A DNA stretch of 63,945 nucleotides, the filler included, from a candidate division TA06 bacterium SM23_40 (lineage in GTDB: Bacteria > LJUI01 > SM1-40), in the NCBI GenBank assembly GCA_001303705.1. It is 5 parts of 5 records of this genome, joined end to end, with 100 filler letters (N's around TTAATTAATTAA, not from the genome) between each part and the next. Parts side by side here need not be neighbours in the genome. Positions count along the whole stretch, not along the records: positions 52,921 to 58,623 come from LJUI01000158.1; positions 58,724 to 63,945 come from LJUI01000169.1; 3 more parts are not named here. The stretch is one strand, 5' to 3'. The stretch's first letter is position 1, and each line of letters opens with the position of its first letter. A program made the position numbers and the translations under genes. Shown here piece by piece: positions 57,419-63,945 of the stretch. The notes below the pieces were generated by a model that searched no databases, was not told the DNA's origin, and was given only the letters and a program-made list of their open reading frames with translations.

Positions 57419-58623
57419 ATGAACGATACGACGAAAAAGGGTCTGGGAGTCCTTTCTTCGAGAGTGGCAAAGATCGGGCTTCTGCTGGCCGTCGTGGCGG
57501 TCGTTGCATTTATCCTCTTGGCTCGCGGTCGGATCGCAACTCGCCACGGGGATATTGCGTCCTTCGAGGCTGAACGGGGCGAGTTCGTCATCGCTGTCAC
57601 CGAAAGCGGGGAGCTGGAGGCGAAGAATGCCATCAACGTCTCGGCCCCTTCGGTTCGAACCAGCTCGAGGCGACTCCAGATTGTCGAACTCGTTCCAGAG
57701 GGGACGGAGGTGAAGGAGGGCGATTTCCTCATTCAGTTCGATACCCAGGAGGTGCAGAAGCAGATCAACGACGAGGAGGCCGAGCTGGAGATATCTCATG
57801 CGGATCTGGAGAAGGAGAGGGCCAGCCAAGCCTCGCTCATGGCCCAGTTGGAGTCGAACCTCCAGGACGCCCAGGCCTCCTACGAGTTGGCCCAACTGCG
57901 CCTGGAGCAGGTGAAATACGAGGCCGATGTCGAAGTGGAAAAGGCACGATTAGAACTGCAGAGGGCCGAGATCGCTCTGAAGCAGGCCGGGTCGAAGCTC
58001 GAAGCTCAAAAGGTGATTAACAGGGCCGAACTCCAGAAGCTGAGCCTCAGGATCCGCCAGGCCGAAGAAGAGCTCGCGAAGGCAGAAAGAGGACTGGAGG
58101 ACTTGACTGTGAAGGCGCCGAAACCCGGCCTCGTGGTCCACAGCAAGATATGGAAGGGCGGGGACGAACAGGAAAAGATCAAAGTGGGCGATCAGACGTG
58201 GCCAGGGCAGAAACTGATCGAGATTCCCGATCTGTCGGTGATGTTGTTGAAGACCCATGTCAACGAAGTGGACATCAGCAAGGTCGTCAAGGGACAGGAG
58301 GTGGAGATCAGACTGGACGCTTTCGATGAACCGACTTTTCACGGCATCGTTACGGAGATCGCATCACTGGCCCGCAAGAAGGAGCAGGAGTCCGACGTGA
58401 AGGTCTTCGATGTGACGGTGGGGATCGATCACAGCGATCCGAAGCTGAAGCCGGGCATGACGGCCAGGGCCGAGATCGTGGTGGAAAAGATCCCTGACGT
58501 TGTTTACGTGCCCATTGAAGCGGTCTTCGAGAAGGAGGACACCACAGTCGTCTACACCATATCCTCGCTGCCCAGGCCGACGAAGGTAAAGACTGGCAAG
58601 CGAAATGATAACTACGTGGTCCT
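57419..58623 (+). CDS. efflux transporter periplasmic adaptor (HlyD/MacA-like), 3' partial
   Basis: N-terminal TM; ESGELEA; VPEGTEVKEGD lipoyl half; coiled coil; VKAPKPGLV; VNEVDISKV..GQ; LKPGMTA. Confidence 0.9.
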
Positions 58624-58723
58624 NNNNNNNNNNNNNNNNNNNNNNNNNNNNNNNNNNNNNNNNNNNNTTAATTAATTAANNNNNNNNNNNNNNNNNNNNN
58701 NNNNNNNNNNNNNNNNNNNNNNN
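58624..58723. other. artificial contig linker
   Basis: N run with TTAATTAATTAA. Confidence 0.99.
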
Positions 58724-61144
58724 CGAGTACACCAGATCAGGACTCCGGACCGGGATCTCGATCACCGTGTAGTAGTCCTGCCCCCCGGTATGCGCCCTCA
58801 GCACGAACTGCAGCAGATGCCCGCTCGTGCACGCCGTCGACACCTGGAAGTCGAAGTCCTCCTGCGATGGGACCGTGCTCCCCGGGCCGATCGTCCCGAA
58901 CTGCTCCTCACCATCGGTTATCGTCACCCACGGATCGTCAGAGGTCAGGTATCCGGTCACCGAGGAAGCCGTCTGCGTGCCCCAGTTCCTGAGCCCCACC
59001 GGCATCTCGATCGTCTCGCCCGGATTGACATACCCGTCGCCGTTCCCCTGGCTTCCCCCCACATTGTCGTCATCGATCGCATGGGCGACATACCCGACGA
59101 AGAGACTCGCCTGATTGATGCTCACGATTCCCAGGTACGGCTTCCCGTTCACCCTCGTAACCGTCACCCACAGATCACCGGTAGTAACCGGGTCAAACGT
59201 GATCGCGGCGGATCCGTCAGCATCCGCGTATTCCCGGGAGAAGATTTCGTCTTCCTTGTACAGGCAGATGAGCGCGCCTTCCCCGGGTGCCGATCCCGCC
59301 ACCACGTCCACGCTCAGGTAGTTCTTCCCGAGGGGAATCGATGCCGCGTGGTCGACCGTCAGCCCCTCCGGCGCCGCGGTCCAGAGGTTGAGCTCGGGAT
59401 CCCCGAGCACATTGTAGATATGGAAGTAGTGCTCGACCGTGCCGCCGGGATAGATGATGCTGGGGAAGTTATTGTACAGCTCGATCTTCCCTCGCAACAC
59501 CGCCTGGGCGAACTCCATCAGCCCTTCGTCGAAGATACCGCGATAGATCCCCGCATCGATGGCATTGTTCCACTTGGTGTGGGTGTACAGATCGGACGGC
59601 CCGACGAAAACAGGCCCGCCCTTCGGGTTCGACGTTGTCCCGTACCTGATCCACGCCTCGCCGAAGCAGGGATCGATGGAGTTGGCGAAATCCCCCGTGT
59701 CGCAGATGATACTCGTCATCACCGGCAACTTCCATCCGTTCGTCAGGGAAGCGATATCGCTCACCGTGAACGACGGAGAGGACCACCCGTAAGCATCAGC
59801 AAAGCCGCGATAATTGACATAACCCACGCCATTATTGATGGAGGTCTTGATCGGTCCCGAACTCCAGGTCGGAGGACACCAGACCTCATCGACGTACTCG
59901 AACCCGTACTCGAGCATCTTCTCCTTGACGTAGAGTTTCGTCGTCTTGCAGGAGTATGCATAGGTAGCTGCCACCACCAGCCCCCGCCGATACCACGATG
60001 TCGAGCCCATGTACGGATCGCGCTCATATCCGAGTGTCTTCGCCACGACGATGTTCGCCTCGTTCTCCGAATCGACCGACATCCTCCCGATCAGAACTTC
60101 GGGAAAGTAGTCGTTCCCTTCCAGCAGCGCGTACGGCAGATCGGTACAGTCGCCCTGATGGCTGAAGGTCGGGAACTGGCCGATCGAACCCATATAGTTG
60201 TCGCCGACCAGCAATACGTACTCCGGAGGGATCTCCCAGGTGAAGTACGCATCCGAGATGTAGTTCTTGATATCGGCCGAGGAAGGCGAGGGATCGATCT
60301 CGGAGAGCTTCGTCACCACCACATCCCATCCCTTCCGCTCCTTCCACTCCGCGAGCGGCGTGATCTCCTCCACGAACTGATCATGGGTGATGATCAGATA
60401 GCTGCCCCGCTCCACACCATCCGAGTCCCGTCCGAGCTCATCATAGTTGAGCACCAGGCTCCGATACAAATCCTCGAACCCGGCGGACGGACGCCGGCGC
60501 ACCAGAGTCTTCTCATTCGATCCATCGTCCGTGAACTCGATCTCTATTTCGACGTTCTGATACACATGGAGCTCGCGACGGGCGGGGTTGTATCGGACCG
60601 GATAGATCACAACCTGCACTAGCCGCAGATCTCGCATGATCGCCGGTGGTCCGAGTTCAGCCAGGGACGCTGGGTACAGCGCATCCCGGCCGTATACCGT
60701 CTCGTCGAACGTCAGGGCTTCGTCATCGCCCGCGGACGGTCCGTCCAGCCTGGGGTCCTCCGCCGGCGGAATATCCACATCCTCGAGAATGAGCGAATCG
60801 ACTGCATGGGCATGAACCTCGACACCGCCGCGGGCGGGGATCGCCACGAGGCGCGTGATCGCCGGCAATGAGGGCCGACCCACCTCCCCTGTCTCGCCTG
60901 CGCCGGGGATGCCGACCGTCGTATAGGCAATCCCCTCACGTTCCGTCTGTTGACGCTCGACGCCGGGAATAGAGACCGCGACGCTCATCCGGCACCTGTC
61001 AGCCTCCGTCACCGCGACCCGCGCCGGTCCGGCCTCGGCATTCGCCTCCAGCCGCATCCACGCACCATCCGCCGGCAACGCCATGCAGAGCATCGTTGCC
61101 AGGATCGACAATGCCAATACCTGGTCGTACCTTCTCCTCCACAT
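58724..61144 (-). CDS. secreted gingipain-like C25 family protein with propeptide (3' partial)
   Basis: Signal peptide; propeptide G.P.LP..RLVAIP..IMRDLRLV..YP.RYNP; YLIIT..EWKERKG, YVLLVGD, PEVLIGRMS, SIICDTG, CFGEAW, YNVLGDPEL. Confidence 0.88.
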
Positions 61145-61374
61145 CGGAATTCTCCCCTCTACGGCGCACAAACGTGGCCTATTACCCCTCTTCCCCCGGT
61201 ATCGTCATTCCGGTAGACGCGTATACCGGGGGACACTCCACCATCCCAGAGGATGCCTCAGGGCTGACCTTCGACCACCCCAACTCGGGATACCTCCGAG
61301 CGAGCGGCACCGGATCAGCCCCTTTCCGCAGCCGTCGCTCCATACTCTCTCGTGCTGCCCGCTGCGTCATGCGT

Positions 61375-63945
61375 TCACGGCATCACGACGAACAGGAACT
61401 CATCCTGAGCGATGACTTCGCCTTCACCGTTCTCGATCGTCACGGCATAGACATATGTCCCCAGCGGCGCAGCGTTCGGGATGAAGTGCGTCAGGTGCGG
61501 ATGCACGCTCTGACCGGCCGAGAGATTGACCGCCCGCGGGCCAACCACCGGATTGCCGGGATAGGGGTTCCCGTTGGGCAGCGTCACATCTGCGCGCCCC
61601 ACCACGCTCCGGCTGTGGCTCGTGTTGTTCGAGACGTAGGCAGTATATCCGAGCGTCTCGCCGCGATGGTAGATCGTCGCATCCGGCTCGAGCTCGAGGG
61701 CGATCGCCGGGAGATGCGGCGAATCGGTCGTGAACTTGATTGCCCGGCCGGAGACGAGCGACGGCGCCTCGGGAGCATAGTGATTTGCATACGTATACTC
61801 GAGCCCGTACCACTGACCAGGCTCTTCAATACCCACCGTCGCGTAGTTCTCATTCGAATCGCCATTGTACACGGTCTCATACTGGAAAAGGATCTCACCG
61901 TCCCCTGTCTGCGTCTCGTAGTACAGAGGATCGTACAGCACAATCTCGAACGTCTCTTCGTAACTCTGGTAGACGTTATGTTTCCGGCTCCACTCTATGA
62001 CGTACCGGTGCTGCGCGACGTCGTAGTACTTGTACACGCCGCCTCCGCTGAGCCCATCCCAGAACGCAGCGAGCATCGCGTCAGGCCCGAACGCGGCGGG
62101 TATCCCCCAGTTCCGGGGAATCGCTACCCAGGTCTCGCCGAGCGCGGCGAACCCGTTCGAACAGACCGAGATCTCGTTATATGCCCCGCCGTAATAACGG
62201 AACGTGAACGGCAACGCCAGAGTATCGACATCATCGTTAGTCAGCGAGACGAGCTGCCCCCATCCGCCATAGTTGGGATCGATCTCGATCCAGTCATATT
62301 CAGGGGCCTCCTCGTACCCGGTATCCGTGTTGTCATATGCATAGTAGCCATACTCATCAGGACCCATGGGATCGTTCGTCCCCGTCGTCCCCACCTCGAT
62401 GACCAGAGGCACCGTTGTCTCATACCCGCCATCTCCGAAGATCTCCAGGGTGAAGTGAGCCTTATACCCGTCGCGAAGCCAGGGATCGGCCGTGAGCGTG
62501 AAGGGATTCGAGGAGTTGCTCGCCGTCGCTCCGGGTCCTACATTCCCGAAGCTGCCCACCGCATCCTCGATCGTGAACCAGAGGTCAGTGCTCACGAGCT
62601 CCGCCCCCACCCCCGTCACTCCCGCAAGACCCTCGTTGAGGAGTGTCACCACGAGGTTTGCCGTCTCGCCCGGGTCGAGTATCCCGTTTCCGGCGAAAGA
62701 ACCGCCGTCGATGATCGAATGGTCCGAGTACACGAGATCGGGAGCGCGAACCGGTATCTCGACCAGGGTATAGTAATCCTCACCGCCAGAATTCGCCCTC
62801 AGCAGAAACCGTAACATATGGCCGCTCGGGCATGCCTCTGACACCTGAAAGTCGAAGTCCTCCTGCGACGGGGCCGTGCTCCCCGGGCCGACCGTCCCGA
62901 AACTCTCCTCCCCGTCAGTGATCGTCACCAACTCGTCATCGCATGTCAGATAACCGGTCACCGAGGAGGCGCTCAGCGTGCCCCAGTTCCTCACCACCAT
63001 CGGCATCTCTATCGTCTCTCCTGGGTTGACATACCCGTCGCCGTTCCCCTGGCTCCCGCCGACGTTGTCGTCGTCGATCGTATGAGAGATATAGCCCACG
63101 AATCGGCCGGCCTGATTGATGCTCACGCTCCCCAGATAGGGGGCGCCGTTCCGCATCGTCGCCGTCACCAACAGATCACCTGTCGTCCCCGGGTCGAAGG
63201 CAATGGTGGCCGAACCCGAAGCGTCGAGATATTCCCTCGCGAAGACCTCCCCCTCCTTGTACAGGCAGGCGAGCGCGCCCTCAGCAGGCCGGGTGCCGGC
63301 CTCCACATCCAGCGTGAGGAAGTTCGTCCCCAGGGCAAGGGACGCTGCATGATCCCCGGTCATCTCGTCAGGGACCGCAGTCCACATGTTGATCTCCGGA
63401 TCGCCGAGCACGTTATAGACGTGCCAGTAGAACTCGACCTGGCCACCCGGATTGATGTTATTCGGGAAGTTATTGTACAGCTCTATCTTTCCGCGGAACA
63501 TCGCCTGGGCGAACGTCGGCAGGGCGTCATCGAAGATGCCCCAGTAGATACCCGAGTCGATGGAGTTGTTCCACTTCGTGTGGGTCCAGTACTCAGAAGG
63601 TCCGAAGAATGCCGGGCCGCCCTTCGGATTGGAGGTCGTCCCATATCTGATCCATGCCTCGCCAAGACAGGGATCGGTCGAGCTGTCGAAATTGCCCGAA
63701 CTGCAGACGATGCTCGTCATCAGCGGCTGCTTCCAGCCGTTCGTCAGGGCGTTGACATCATTGACCTTGAATGAGGGAGCATACCAGCCGCTCGCCGTCG
63801 TGGCCCATCCCCGGTAGTTGACGAACGTCACGCCCTCGTTAATCGAGGCTTTGACGAGCTCGGGGCCGGAGTGCGGTGGGTACCATACGCTGTCGACCTC
63901 AGTGAACCCGTTGTCGAGCATCTTGTGGAGGACGTACAGCTTGGT
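61375..63945 (-). CDS. gingipain-like C25 family protein, paralogue (5' end cut by window edge)
   Basis: VNYRGW, SIVCSSG, CLGEAW, YNVLGDPEI, two GDG..PGET Ig-like repeats, GPDEYGYYAYD..FTFRYYG..ISVCSNG domain; frame open to base 63945. Confidence 0.88.
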   Translation of the reverse strand, partial: TKLYVLHKMLDNGFTEVDSVWYPPHSGPELVKASINEGVTFVNYRGWATTASGWYAPSFKVNDVNALTNGWKQPLMTSIVCSSGNFDSSTDPCLGEAWIRYGTTSNPKGGPAFFGPSEYWTHTKWNNSIDSGIYWGIFDDALPTFAQAMFRGKIELYNNFPNNINPGGQVEFYWHVYNVLGDPEINMWTAVPDEMTGDHAASLALGTNFLTLDVEAGTRPAEGALACLYKEGEVFAREYLDASGSATIAFDPGTTGDLLVTATMRNGAPYLGSVSINQAGRFVGYISHTIDDDNVGGSQGNGDGYVNPGETIEMPMVVRNWGTLSASSVTGYLTCDDELVTITDGEESFGTVGPGSTAPSQEDFDFQVSEACPSGHMLRFLLRANSGGEDYYTLVEIPVRAPDLVYSDHSIIDGGSFAGNGILDPGETANLVVTLLNEGLAGVTGVGAELVSTDLWFTIEDAVGSFGNVGPGATASNSSNPFTLTADPWLRDGYKAHFTLEIFGDGGYETTVPLVIEVGTTGTNDPMGPDEYGYYAYDNTDTGYEEAPEYDWIEIDPNYGGWGQLVSLTNDDVDTLALPFTFRYYGGAYNEISVCSNGFAALGETWVAIPRNWGIPAAFGPDAMLAAFWDGLSGGGVYKYYDVAQHRYVIEWSRKHNVYQSYEETFEIVLYDPLYYETQTGDGEILFQYETVYNGDSNENYATVGIEEPGQWYGLEYTYANHYAPEAPSLVSGRAIKFTTDSPHLPAIALELEPDATIYHRGETLGYTAYVSNNTSHSRSVVGRADVTLPNGNPYPGNPVVGPRAVNLSAGQSVHPHLTHFIPNAAPLGTYVYAVTIENGEGEVIAQDEFLFVVMP

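Noticed and set aside
25019-58723. Repeated TTAATTAATTAA motif, and apparent neighbourhoods such as hypC next to phage or phage next to clpB
   Set aside because: These are artificial linkers between contigs, so cross-linker adjacency is not biological evidence.
61096-62814. Long opposite-strand ORFs (also 58790-60622, 53721-55334, 35039-36400, 48490-49689, 26908-27969)
   Set aside because: Antisense shadows of well-supported genes in GC-rich DNA, with no recognisable motifs.

Overview
The window is five contigs joined by artificial 100-nt N/TTAATTAATTAA linkers (25019-25118, 44828-44927, 52821-52920, 58624-58723), so adjacency across linkers carries no meaning. The DNA is GC-rich and looks like an anaerobic, peptide-fermenting diderm bacterium with many secreted proteins (an uncultured FCB-related lineage is an inference). 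Contig 1: accA, a DUF4388 protein, a thioesterase, a secreted S8 protease, tRNA-Asn(GTT) followed by two tandem integrase-free cassettes bounded by att-like repeats, two paralogous beta-helix proteins, a B12 radical SAM enzyme, small accessory genes and a PerR-catalase-cytochrome c peroxidase-like cluster. Contig 2: a PAS histidine kinase, a sigma-54 activator with a duplicated HTH, TonB, and a sigma-54 promoter with a highly structured leader ahead of a long run of co-oriented genes (VOR-type and POR-type 2-oxoacid:ferredoxin oxidoreductases, ald, CoA transferase, maeB), then hypF and partial hypC. Contig 3: a tailed-phage packaging/head module. Contig 4: FmdB-type zinc ribbon, clpB, a RAYT pseudogene and a periplasmic adaptor. 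Contig 5: two tandem gingipain-like C25 genes that lack the catalytic His. Best candidates for undescribed biology: (1) the tRNA-anchored, integrase-free cassette stack; (2) a second C-terminal module shared by unrelated secreted proteins; (3) a switch-like leader RNA downstream of the sigma-54 promoter. All family calls come from motif recognition by eye; no database searches were run.
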